Below are positions 27,927 through 41,300 of a stretch of 64,000 nt of DNA, piece after piece (within the stretch, counting starts at the first letter, position 1; every line of letters begins with the position of its first letter). This DNA comes from a virus. Where the stretch lies: the IMG/VR virus record IMGVR_UViG_3300030085_003750, positions 1 through 64,000 of that record. One strand, written 5' to 3'. A program made the translations under genes and the position numbers. A model generated the notes under the pieces. The model worked only from the letters and a program-made list of their open reading frames with translations, was not told where the DNA came from and ran no database searches.

Positions 27927-29386
27927 TGTCTGTAAAAAAGTTTTACGCAACTGCTGATACAACTATCACAAATGCTTATAAAGAGAATCTAAGACAAAGA
28001 GGTACCGATGCAAATATGGGTCTTTCTGACGCCCTGGAAGTATTTTTTATATATGGGCAAAATCCAAAACCTGATGTTGAAGCGGATAAACTCGAAGAAG
28101 CAAGAATCCTTGTTAAGTTTGATACTGATTCGATTAAATCTTATTATAATGATGTATTCCCGACTACTGTTAAATTTGTGTTAAAGTTAACCAATGCAGT
28201 TCATCCTTTTACTCTCGCAAGAAATTATGATGTAAATGTCTATGCTCTCGCAGAAGGTTTCATCGAAGGTAATGGATTGGACATGGAATCTTATAAAGAT
28301 GAAGATGTGGCAAGTTGGACTAACAGAATAGTATCAACTGCTTGGACAACAGCAGGTGCTCTACAGGGAACTGAAACTCTTATTGGAACTCAAAGGTTCG
28401 ACACTGGCGAAGAAGATTTAGAGGTAGATATCACAACTCATATCCAGAGTATCTTTGACGGAACAACAGACAATGGTTTTGCTATTGTTATGGACGGCGC
28501 ACTAACAAGCGGAGCACAAGAGCAAAACTTTTATACGAAGAAATTCTTCTCTCGCTCATCAGAATTTTTCTTCAAGCGCCCAGCGATTGAGGCAAGAGAT
28601 GCTTCCAGAATTGCTGATGACAGAGGTAAATTCTATGCAAAGAGAAAAACAAACTCAAGTTTGCAAAATACGCAGAGAGTTTACTTATATAACTCCTTTG
28701 AAGGCGTAAGGTCGGATTTCACTGCTCCTGAACCAGATGAAGAATTATACGTAAGATTTTATACGGACGAAGCAAGGACAACTCAAGCAACACTCGACCC
28801 TGATGTACAGTTTATACAGGCAGTAAACGAGTCTACAGGCGTCTATTATGTAGACGTTATTTTGGATGAGTCTTCTGTATCTAAAATATACGACCAGTGG
28901 TACTTCGCTGCTAACGGTGGTACGGCAGTGGTAGACAGGACTCTTGTTCACGAGGGCGAGATAACAATAATCCAGAATGGTTCAAATACCAATTCTGGTG
29001 AAATAGATTATGTAATAGACATCACTAACTTGAAAACCTCCTACACAAGGCAGGAAACCGCAAAGTTCAGGATTTACACCAGACAAAAAGATTGGAATCC
29101 AACTATTTATACGGTAGCAAGTAAAGAAATTGAAAACTTGATTGTCGAGAAGATTTACTACAAGATTGTTCGACTTGTAGATGAAGAAACAGTTCTCGAT
29201 TATGGTATTGGAACAGATGGTACCAGCAACGAACATACATTGGTTTCTTACGACGCTTTGGGTAGTTATTTTGATTTTGATATGTCCCTTTTAGAAAAGG
29301 GTTATATGTATGGAATTAAATTAATGTTTTCAATCAACGGCGAGTTGAGAGAGCAGGAAGAAATTTTCAAGTTTAGGGTTGACTAA
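27926..29386 (+). CDS. Virion structural protein (DNRLRE/CBM96-like N-terminal domain + Ig-like domains)
   Basis: ATADTTI...MG..D.LEV...RILVKFD...VDIT...NGF...FFSR.S....RP pattern; TAATG coupling with the upstream gene. Confidence 0.55.
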   Translation: MSVKKFYATADTTITNAYKENLRQRGTDANMGLSDALEVFFIYGQNPKPDVEADKLEEARILVKFDTDSIKSYYNDVFPTTVKFVLKLTNAVHPFTLARNYDVNVYALAEGFIEGNGLDMESYKDEDVASWTNRIVSTAWTTAGALQGTETLIGTQRFDTGEEDLEVDITTHIQSIFDGTTDNGFAIVMDGALTSGAQEQNFYTKKFFSRSSEFFFKRPAIEARDASRIADDRGKFYAKRKTNSSLQNTQRVYLYNSFEGVRSDFTAPEPDEELYVRFYTDEARTTQATLDPDVQFIQAVNESTGVYYVDVILDESSVSKIYDQWYFAANGGTAVVDRTLVHEGEITIIQNGSNTNSGEIDYVIDITNLKTSYTRQETAKFRIYTRQKDWNPTIYTVASKEIENLIVEKIYYKIVRLVDEETVLDYGIGTDGTSNEHTLVSYDALGSYFDFDMSLLEKGYMYGIKLMFSINGELREQEEIFKFRVD

Positions 29387-32300
29387 ATGAGCACAAAAGA
29401 TTTATTTAATAAAGGTAACAAGGTTCTTACAAAAAGTCAAGAAGAAAAAATAAAAAAAGACTTGGAATCTCCTGAACTTGCAAGAGATGTTGTAAGGGCG
29501 AATAATAAATTTCATTCACATATTGATTTTTCTAAACCAGAGAATTTTTCTTTTTACGGTTCAGCGCAGAAATATTATGAAGATTCATTTAACAGAATTT
29601 ACCAAACGTATCCCTACGATGGTTCACACTCTGAAAAAGAAAAATGGTTTCAAGATTCTTCTGAACTCGACTTGTGGATTCTTGATAACGCTTATCCCAA
29701 GAGTACTGGTTATGTCCGTCTTGGAACAGAACAATCTATCTTTGTCAAGGGCGGTCCAAATAAACAACCAGGTATCATCGAGGGTGAAAAAGAGGAATTA
29801 TCAAAACAATTCCCGATAAAACAAGGCAACTCAAATATTTGGGATACTTCAATCTACAGAAACTCTAATTTATATCTTGACGCAGAGATTGGTAATACTA
29901 TAGAATTCTGGGCAAAGATGGATAATCCAGATATAACTGTTTTTCCTTTTGTAATCGGAAATATAGACTCGACAAGAATTTCTTTTAAACACAATAATGG
30001 TCTTATTGAAATTGATTATACAGACGACAGTGGCAGTGGATTTTCGACTATTGACGCCATCGGCGCTACGTTCATGGAATCAACTTGGAATCATTTCGCT
30101 TTTACATTTATTAATGACGGAGCAAATGCAAAGATTGAGATTTACAAAAACGGAACTCTTTTAAGAACTCTCAAGGGTGGTTCTGCCCTTTCTAGTATTT
30201 CACAAGAAGAACTTTACTTAAATATAAACGGAACAATGACCGCAGTTAACGGAACTAGAAGTAATACTGTTGATGGGTTATATATTGATGAGTTTCGTTT
30301 TTGGAAGAGAAGAAGAGCGGAAGAAGAGATTGCAAGATTTTGGCACACGCATGTACACGGCGGTACAAACACGGATGAGAAAAAATATAACTTAGAGAAT
30401 AGAAAAGTAGACCTCGGTGTTTATTATAAGTTCAATGAGGGTATCACTGGCAATACAAATATTGATTCAACTGTTCTTGACTACTCTGGTAGAATATCGA
30501 ACGGAGAAATAACAAATTATGACAAGACGGTACGAAATACAGGGTCGTCATTTGATGAGTCTGGATTTTTCAATGTCTTAGAAGACAAGGAACCTATTAT
30601 ATACTCTGCACATCCTGATTTTGTTTCTGTTAAGCAGTCATATATGGATGAAGGTTTGAACTACGACTATACAAACAACTCAAGTATTTACCACACAATG
30701 CCTGCTTGGATTATCGAGGAGGATGAGGAAAAGGGAGAAAATGTAAAAGAACTTTCACAAGTCATCTCCAGTTACTTTGACTCGGCACAAATAAAGATAA
30801 AAGAACTTGTAAGTCTTAAAGATGTAGAGTATCATACATTAGAGGAAAGAACAAATAAACCTTATTCTCTTATCAGAAAAACATTAGAGTCAGCAGGCAT
30901 GGTTGTTCCTGACTTGTTCACAGAAGCAAGCGCTTTTGAGGAAATCCTTTCACGAGGAGAGCAAGAGAAGTTTGAGGAAAAACTTCAAGACATAAAGAAT
31001 ACCATCTACCAAAACATTTATAATAACCTTTCTTATATCTATAAATCAAAGGGTACGGAGAAAGCATTCAGAAATCTTATCCGTTGTTTTGGTATTGACG
31101 ACGAACTCGTAAAGATAAATTTATACTCTGACGGTGCCGACTATACTCTGGAAGACACCAGAAGAACAACCGCTATTAAGAAAAAGTTTGTCGATTTTAA
31201 TGATGCTGATAGACAAGATGGTCTTATATATACGAAGGAAGACCCTAGTAATACTAATTCAACTTCTTATATTAGAGGCGTCCCAGGCGGTATGTCACCA
31301 AATTTATCCTTTACTTTTCAAACAGAATTAATATTCCCAAAGAGGGTATCTACGGACCATCCACAATATGACCCACCAACAAATTTGGAGGAGCATATTG
31401 CTTATCTAGGCAGATATCTTGGTACCTACACTTCTAATTCCATCTTCGATTTGAAGGCGGTTAAAGAAAATAGCGACCCTCTTTCTGAAAATGTAAAGTT
31501 TGTTCTAACTTTCAACGGACAAACACTAGAAACAGATTATTTTAAGTCAGTTTATGAAAATTCAAAGTGGAACCTTGCAGTTAGACTTGTACCAAAGAAA
31601 CGCCTCTCCAGCGTCGTTTCTGGCGGTTCTACGACGGATTTTACAGCAGAGTTATATTGCGTGCGAATGCTTGCAGATGTTATAGAAGACGAAGAGTGGG
31701 TTGTAGGCACAGTCTTGGAAGCAGATGCGAGAGATATTTTATCATCAGATAAGTTTGTATCGGTTGGTGCCCTTCACTCATCAGGAAATCCAGAAGTAGA
31801 ATCATTAGATAAGGACACGAGAATTAAGATTTCTTCTACTTTGTTCTGGTACGATGATGTCTCGAATGAGGAAATTCGAGCACATGCGTCCGATGCTTCG
31901 AACTTTGGTAGACTACATCCAAATGAAGAAGCATACATGTTTGACGAAGAATTCAACACTGACACCTCTTCTGCAATACAGGTTCCAAGAAGAGATACAC
32001 TGGTGATGCATTGGGACTTCTCGGAAGTTTCAACTACTGATATAAGTGGAGAGTTTATTGTTGACGATTTATCTCAGTCTCTTGAAATTCAAACAGAGAC
32101 AACCTCATCAGTTGCTACAAACCAGAATTCAATAGTTTTTGACGGTTCAGATGACCATATTATTGTTAGTGACCAAGACGAATTCAGTCCCACGGATGGA
32201 GTAAATGATACACCTTTTTCAATATCTGCATGGGTTTATGTCGAAGACGTAGCGACTGCTAACGGACCTTTTGTTACTAAATCTAATAACTCAGGTTCAC

Positions 32301-35300
32301 AGAAAAACGAGTATATTTTTAAACAACAAAATGGTGAGATACAATTTTTTCTATACGACAGTGACCTGAATGCTCAAGGAAACGCTATCCGAGCACAGGC
32401 GACTGTTGTATCTTTAAGTAATGCAACATGGCACCATGTTGTGGCGACTTATGATGGCAGTGCAGACGCATCTGGAATTAAACTTTATACAGATGGGGCA
32501 CTAACAGCATCAGCAAACACTGAGGCAGGTACATATGTGAGATTGAGAAATACAGTAACTCCTCTAACTTTTGGTGCTACTACGGAACTTGGTAATAATA
32601 ATAGAATATTTGAAGATAGATTAGCAGACATTTGTATTTTTGACAAAGAATTAAGCGCCGCAGAGGTGACGGAAATTTTTAACGGAAACTCAGTAAAGAA
32701 TATGGATGAATTTTCTGATACTGCTTCTATTATCTCTTGGTGGAAGATGGGCGACCACTTGGATAACCTTTCAACTGATGGAATTAAAGATTATGTTGGC
32801 GGGTTTCATGGAACACTACAAAATGGAGCAGCAATAGCAGTAGAACCAGGATTATCTTCCGACACAGAAACTTCTGTTGTTTCATCGCTTATTCCGATAA
32901 ATAAGAATTCGATTGCCTTCGATGGTACAGCAGCATCTATTGCTGACACGGATATTGTTATATCTTCTGATGATAATGCTTTTACCTTTTCGGATTCAAC
33001 AGATGTTAGCAACGGAACGGTTCACAAACCTTTTACAATTTCTGCTTGGATTAATCCTAGTAGTCTCGCAGACCGAGGAGCAATTATAACGAAATTTTCT
33101 TCAATGTCTGTTGGAGACCCAACAAAAAGAGATACAGAGTTTGTATTCTGGCATAGAGACAATGGAGAACTTCAGTTTATACTTTACGATTGCAGTGCTC
33201 ACTCCACTGTCAACAACATCACAATTACTTCCAATACTTCTGTTTTGACTGCAAGTCAGTGGCAACAAGTAGCAGTAACTTTCGATGGTAACCCAGACCT
33301 CGCATCTACTTCCTTGGGTATGAAATTGTACGTCGATGGTCAAGAAGTTCCAAGCACTCAGGTCAAAGCAGGGACATATCAAATTGTAAGAAACACAGAA
33401 TCGCCTGTGACCATCGGCGCAGCGCATTACGACCACACAAATGTACCAGATGCATTTCTTACGTTGTTTGAGGGAAACATTGCAGATACAGCAGTCTATA
33501 GCAAAGAACTTAACTCGTTTGAGATACAAGAAATATACAACGGTGGTAAAGTAAAGGACTTGAATGATTCTTCTACTTACGACAATATTATTTCCTGGTG
33601 GAAAATGGGAGATGATATTGACTCGGCAACTCCAAATGGAATTAGAGATTATGTTGGCGGGTTTCACGGAACAATGCATGGTCAATGCTCCATCCAACCC
33701 GTATTTGGGTTAGAATCAGATTCTACTAACAGTTTACTTAGCAATTCGAGATTTGGTTGGTTCACTGACCTTGTAGGTCGTGAGATAACTGGTCGAGGTA
33801 AATATTTCACAGCAGATGATAAACAGGTTGTTAATAGAGAATACATATATTCTGCAAAACATAGAACACCAGAGGTTATTAATTCTGAAGACTTAGTTGA
33901 GATTAGAACACAAGACGATTTGACTTTTACAAAAGATGCACAAGTTGTGACTCACTTCTTTGCAGCAGAAAAGAGTATGTATCAGGTCATCTCTGACGAT
34001 ATGATAAATCTTTTTGCTACTATCGTAGAGTTCAACGATTTGATTGGGCAACCAGTCAACAGATACAGACTACAGTATAAAGCGTTGGAAAAGTTCAGAG
34101 CACGGTATTTTGAGAAAGTTAATAATGTACCAAGTTTAGAAAAGTATATTGAGTTATACAAATGGATTGATTCTTCCATTGGTTTGATGTTACAAGAACT
34201 TATTCCAGTGTCTAGTAATTTCTCTGCTGATTTAAGAAATATGGTCGAGTCGCACGTTCTTGAGAGAAATAAATATTGGACAAAATTTCCAACATTAGAG
34301 ATGGCAGGCGAACCACCTCTCGGTATTGTAAAAGGTATTAATGAACTTACATATAACTGGAAAGACGGTCACCCAGATTATCAAATTTCAGAAGCAACGG
34401 TAGAATTTTTTAATGATTCCGCTTCTGATTATGACAACAGGTCGTGGATGATTACAGACAGCGCTGGATTCATATCGCTAGTGGCATTTGATGACGACAA
34501 TGTTTTTCCAACAGGGCATGTTGTTTTATCAAACCCAACGCAAATAATGGTGCAGGCGCAAATATTTGGTTTGACCACTAAGGAACAAATTGCAGAACAG
34601 TTCGCATTGGCATTTTCATCAATACCAAATCTATCAGCAACATTAAGTGATAGTACTGTGATTATTACAGGTTCAACTCCTCTACACGCAGGAGGAGTTC
34701 CTTTTATTTCTTTTTCCAGTTCAGCATCGAAAACTTCCTTCACTGAAGTTGAATCTTCTCTATGGTATGACCAGAGAGTTCAAGGTACCGATGCGCTTGT
34801 CACGACTGGTGACACCGATGTTGATGAAAATCGAGAAATACTTCGTAGAGTATCTACAAGGAAGACAGGTGCGAATACTCAAGTCACAAAACGTGGGTCT
34901 GATTTCGTAGAAGAAGATAGACCAATTCTGAGAGAATCTCCCGCAGGACTAGGTATTCCAGGAGCAGTTTACTCGGGGCAAGCATATGTCATCAGAGCAC
35001 TTGCTAAACCCTATAAGTTAAACCTAGACATTGCTCCTACAATTCATGGCGGTGCGAACTATTCTCCAACAACAAAAGACCCGAATAGTTTTGTTCGAGC
35101 GTCAACTAAAGTTTCTAATTCTTCTGGTATTGCAGTCACTTTTGGTACAAACCCAGTAATCTATCAGGGATTTTCTTACGATGACCAATCTGTTAAAAGA
35201 ACAATCAACATCGTTGTGGAGGATTCAACTGTAGATTTTGGCGCAGACGGGGACTTTATTTATCCTTACTATGAGACAGAGGCAGACCCAACACCAGAAA

Positions 35301-38300
35301 TTACAAACCTCCAGAATGATTCTTATGGTGAAGATGCAGAGATTCCAGTTCAGGGTCCGTTTACTGAGACTTGGGTAGGTGGTAATCAGCATAGGCACAT
35401 ACACTATGCAACTCAAACAGATAGACCAGAGTTATTTGTTGACGACTCTGGAACTTTAAAACATCCATTCGAATTAGGTCAACCTGCTGCTCGCTATACA
35501 AGAGACGAACTTGCAAAGAGACCTGTGAATGTCGAGAACATAAAGAATAAAAATGTTACAGAAGAAGACCTCGATGCAGGTACAGAAACAAAGGTATATG
35601 GAAACTATACGAGAGATTACGAAATAGTACAGACTTCTGGTAGAAGTAAAAACAACAGATGGTTTATCAAGAATGAAGGCGTCGCAGACGTTTTAACAGT
35701 TGCACCAATTGATGGCGCACAGGACTTTGCCCTACCCGATAGAACAACAGACATTAACGGTGATGTTTTTGGAAAATCAAAGCACGTTATCGTGGAAAGA
35801 TTCTCAGCACCAGGAGACCCACTTACTTTGTCACGAGGTTATTTGGACAGAGTGGCAGAAGAATTCAGTGTTTATAATTCTATGAATTTTAGAAATCTTG
35901 ACGAAAGGGACGAACACAGAGAAGACCTGACAGCACATAGTGCCATATATGAGGGTTCGCAGGGATACGTTCCTGATACAAATGGTTTGCCAAATATTCA
36001 CAAAGTAAACAGAAACACGATTCACACCCCTACGGGTAAAAATCATGATAACGCTTACATATCTCATCAAATCCCAAGAAGTGATTTTCAATATAATGTG
36101 GAAATGATTTCAGACGAGGCATTTACAATACCTGATTTTTCCACTACAGGTGCTGCTTTACCAGCGGGTTCTGTTGAAGACCCAATTCCAGGAGCAGCAT
36201 ATAACTTTATAGTAGAAGAATATGCAGACCCAATTAGAGGAAAGTTCACAATAAGTTTTGACGCAGAAGAAATAACTTCAGTCGTGGGTGAGAATTTGTA
36301 TTTTCAATATAAACTCGACAGCACCTGGACAACATTACGTGTATTCGCATTCGGTACAACACTACATCAAGAGGAAGTAGATTTGGGTCAAAATTTTCAT
36401 AACCCAATTTACATTAGATGGATAGCAAGAAAGAGAATCACTGGCGGTGACGGAAGGTGGAATGTCTCAAACATATCTGTAAATCCAACAAGTTTTCAAA
36501 ATTATCTTGACGAGATTGAGATTGTTAACGGTATAAATGATTACGCAGATTATCAAGGAGCGGGATATCGTTTTATTAGAAACTCAGAGAACTCTCAAAT
36601 TATCAGTCAAAGAAAGGCAAACATCTATACACAACTCAATAGAACTGCTAAGATAGGATTAGAGGATAGAAGTGTTAGTACTTTTGTTGAACCAGCAGTT
36701 GTTTGGAATAAACCAAACACTCACTATATCTTGAACGAGGAGTATGACGAGAAGGTAAGAAATGCTGAAGCAGGAAGTCTTATAAATATAAATATAGACA
36801 AAGGTTCTTTACCAATAACCTATTCTTATTCAAACAACTTAGAAATGTTCTCTAATGAAGAGTTAACAACTGCGGTCGATATCGACAAGACCAGTGGAGC
36901 AGAATTCTCAAATACTCTGATGAATATTTTTAGAAAAGCAGAACTTCTTTTCTCACGTTCAATCGCAAGACAAATTGTTTTTCCTAAACATAAAAATGTA
37001 GGTCTGAAGAAGACGAGAGTAAGAAGCAAATTTGATACTTATAAGTTTTTCTGGAAAGACAGTATGTTCGACAGAATTAAGTGCTCGAATACTACGAAAC
37101 TCGGATACGAAATGACACCAGAGTTTAAGAGACTTTTTAGACAAAAGTTTTCTGTAGACGTGATGGATAATTTCCACTTGGTGCAGTCTGGTTCTCTCTC
37201 TGGTCCCCATGAAGAAGAATTTTATAAAGTAATCGGTGATTTGACTTACATGGGTGAGGAACGAATGCGACACATGATTACGAAAAAGGGCGCATCACCT
37301 TTACATACGAGTTCGTCCGTATCGTTTGAGGGTCTTGAGGAGATATGTGAAGAAGAGACGCCAGTAACAGGTATTGTTCCAAATTATTCTTCTGTAGATT
37401 TGGAAGCGCAAAAAACTGCTCCAATCCCGTCGCCACAACTTTATCATAATCCGTACAATGAAGACTATAGAGAGTCAGAAGGGTGGATAAATAGAAAAGT
37501 TATATCAAAGAAAACGCCAAACTATAATGATTACGACTCTTATTCTGAGGAGATAAAACTTGCAGCACAAAATTATGGACTTGTGTCCGAGTTTAGAATA
37601 TCAGAACACATGGACAAGTATATTCTCGAAAACGGCGGCAACTTTAGGGCAAAGAATTATGATTTCTTGACTCTTGATGGAGCAAGTTATGATGGAGAAT
37701 TTCATACCTTGTCCAGCGGTACATCCACGAAAGAGACCACCTCATTTTATTCTTTGAGAAAAGAGGATGAGTCTCTTAAAATAACTTCTTATCCAACAAC
37801 TCACAGTGAAGAAACATTAATAAAAAACAATGCAAATGGTTATCTTAACTTTAACCCAATAGCATCTTTGAGTAATAGCACTTTTGCGCTGGAAAATAGC
37901 GTAAATTCTTATTTTGAGATAAATCAATCTAACCAGACAAACTACATCTCATTAGTGCCTCATCAAGATGGTATTAATGCATCTGGTAAATTTAACTTGT
38001 TTGACTCCGATGAAGATTATTTGGTAATCGACGTAGATAACGTTCAGTCACGCCTCGGCGGTGTGAATTTATACGATTCGGACCTCCTGTATATGAGGGA
38101 GACTGCTTCAAGACTTCCTACACCAATTACTATTTCCGCATGGGTTCAACCAGAGGATAAGCAAGATGCACCAGCAGACCCTTCTACATATTCAAATGGA
38201 TTATTTTGCTTCGGCGGCACAGGCGGTGTAGATTCAGCAAACTTATTCTCAACATTTCGTTATGCTAGTGGAGAGTCCGCACAGAGTCCAGAAGACTATC

Positions 38301-41300
38301 GTAACCTTGGATTGACGTTCACTATTTCTACTGATGGAACAAATAATTTACCAGGTGGAACTTTAGACTCTTCTTCTACGACATATACATTTTTTAAGAA
38401 AAATGGAACGATAGCATTCTTGGAACAAGGAAAAATGAACAGTGTTATTTTTCAACTTATACCGCCCGAAGACGAATCAAACTCTGCTTCTGGTTATCAG
38501 AATAACTTTCTTATAAAGTTGTGGTTAAACGGAGAGGAATTATATGGTGTTCACATCAGAGAACTTGACAATGCCAATTATTCGACCAGGGTTTCAAACG
38601 CTGCTGCAATACACGGTTATTCTCCCTGTCCAATCGGTTCTTGGCAGCACGCTGGTAATTATCCTTGGACTACCGACGCAGACACTTCATTCGACTCTTC
38701 ACAGCAACTTCGAGGCGAACAATCATCACCAGCAGCAGGTATTCAGAGGTTAGATAAGTTTGTTTTAGGCAACTGTCATTACATTAATTCCGAAAGAAAC
38801 CTCGCAGGAACAAAAGATTTTAAGTTCAGAGGTTTATGGGATGAGTTCGCTATTTTTAGAGGTATCTTGCCAAGAGCATCAATTTCTGCAATATACAATG
38901 ACGGTTTACCTAATAATATTAACGAACTTGTGGCAAATGGTCAGATAATTGGAAACTGTCTCTACGATACAACAGTATCAGTTCCCATATTTATAAATGG
39001 TCAATTTATTTCTGGTCCACCAATTCTAGCATCAAGCGACAGCGGTGAATTTGACGTACTCGGAGGGTCTAGTGCAACCTCAGTCTGGAGTTTCGATACA
39101 CCTTCGTGGGATGGCACCTTACCGACTGGTTGGTTAAACAATGAGTCAGACGAGGTAGCAAATGATGGTCCAGTGGTCATCAGTCATCATAATAATGGCA
39201 ATCAAATTCTTGCCTTAAAGGGCAATTATGACGAACAGGCAGATGTTGAAGACCCACCGCACGGAGGCGGCACTTACAGGTGGCGCTGGGTCGAGCGTAA
39301 TACAGATTTTACTGGTACTGTTGTTGTTACTTTCCAGGCATATGAGGGTCAGGGAGACCCGAATGAATATAATTTAGATGCTCCAGAACCTGGAAACAAT
39401 GAAGATTTATTTTTGCAATACGAGAGAAACAACTCTGGAACATGGACAACTGTTGTTCAACTAGAGGCAGGATTTGGATATGACCTAAGTCAAACTATTG
39501 TTGGTAAAATTGAAAATACTGCTGGAGATTCGATAAGATTAAGGTGGATTGCCAGAGTCGGTTCTGGTGCTAGTCCTGTTCAAGACCATTGGGGTATTGA
39601 CACTGTAAATTTTTATGAATATGCAAATGACCATCATGCCATTCCAGTTTTGGGTGGCGATACACTTCCCATATTCCCGCAAACCTTTACGAACAACTAC
39701 AGCATTTCAGAGCAATTGGAAATTTCAGCAACTTTACCAGTGTGGCACCGTATCGGTGTACCGTCATACGATGTTTCCACAAGAGACGGCGCTTGGGATG
39801 AAGAATTTTTCAATTCATATGTTCACACTGATGACCTTAACTTTATTGAAAAGGCAGATAAGAAGCACGATGAATTAGGTGTTGAAACTACGGAAAGAGT
39901 TAGATTGAAAGTAAATGCAATTAAGAAACTTCTTCCTTATGAAGGTTTTTATCCACAAGACAGAACTGTTCAGTTAGCAAACTTATTCGTAGAAAAGGTT
40001 ACACCAGATATTACTTATGATAAGAATGTTTATAAAGAGCAAGCAGTCCAGGCAGCATTGCAGCACTTCTTTGCTCCTGGTATTCTCTATAATTCAATCA
40101 AAGCAGGAGTCGCTTGTGACTGGGCGTCTTATACAAATGAAAATGGTCTAGAACCAGCGCACTTTGGGCAACCTATACTTGCATATAGCGCATCCACTGA
40201 AGCACCTTATACGATGTACTCTTCAAGAGTCGCTCCCTCGTGGTACTCTGATGTATCTGAGTATACTGGAGAATATTCGCTTCTTTCAGATAAACCAAAC
40301 TCTATCGAAGATGCTACTTATTGGGATGCCACAGATACCTTTGTGGAGCATTCAGAAACCTTCAACTATGATTACAATACTAATATTGATAACAATACGT
40401 ATGATATATCAGGAAGTATACTGCTTGCTATAACATCTTCGATAGATGGTATGGCGATTACTAATGAACCTAATGTGAGACTACCGTTCGAGTCTCTGTT
40501 GAATCCTTATGCGTATCTTAAAAACGAAGAAAAGAGATACAAGTTTGATGGTACTCTCTGGGCAGAAGGAGATACTGAGGATTACATCATTGGAAAACCA
40601 AATCAGTACTTTTTAGTTCAACCTTCATATTTGAAGAATTTTGTCACATTGAGCAGACCTGGAGTCGGTTCTGGACCTAGAGACGAAGAATCAGGCGACT
40701 ATAAAAAATATAACTTTCCTTATTTCGAAATAAACAATTCCACACAAAATAGGGATTACAGATATGAACTAGCGATGAATAATTTCTTGGCACAGGCAAC
40801 AAGATTTTTTATAAAAGATGAGTCCTTATCATCCTTTGCATCAACTACACCTCAATCTGATGGGTATCACATGGAGAGTGGTAAAACTTATTACATGGAT
40901 GTGGTGCTTTCAAAGAGTGACTCTTTTAAGAACACTTATACTGGCGGTAGAAGTTATGGACCTCCGCACAAGTGGATAGACGAAAGTTACTATGATACTG
41001 TCGAAGCGGTCGAAGACCCTTCTTATGCTCCGTACACTCCTGCATATTTTTACGGAGAAAGCACTGCGAGAATTTCATTTACTCCGAGCACCACAAAGAA
41101 ATATACTCTTGACGATATTTTTGATGGTTCAACTGTCGAGGATGTTTCTCCTTTTGTGGATGAATATTTCAGGAGTTCAGCACTTTCCAGAACTCATAAA
41201 GGTTTTTTCACGGGAAATATAGAGGCACCTGACGATGGAGGATTCAAGAATTCCTCTGCATATAATTCAAAGATGCACTTATCCGCAAGTATTGAATTAT

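Noticed and set aside
32780-33680. Near-identical DNA stretches as the TR/VR pair of a diversity-generating retroelement
   Set aside because: Both copies are short, in-frame parts of tandem LamG domains, the differences are not adenine-specific, and no reverse transcriptase is present in the window.
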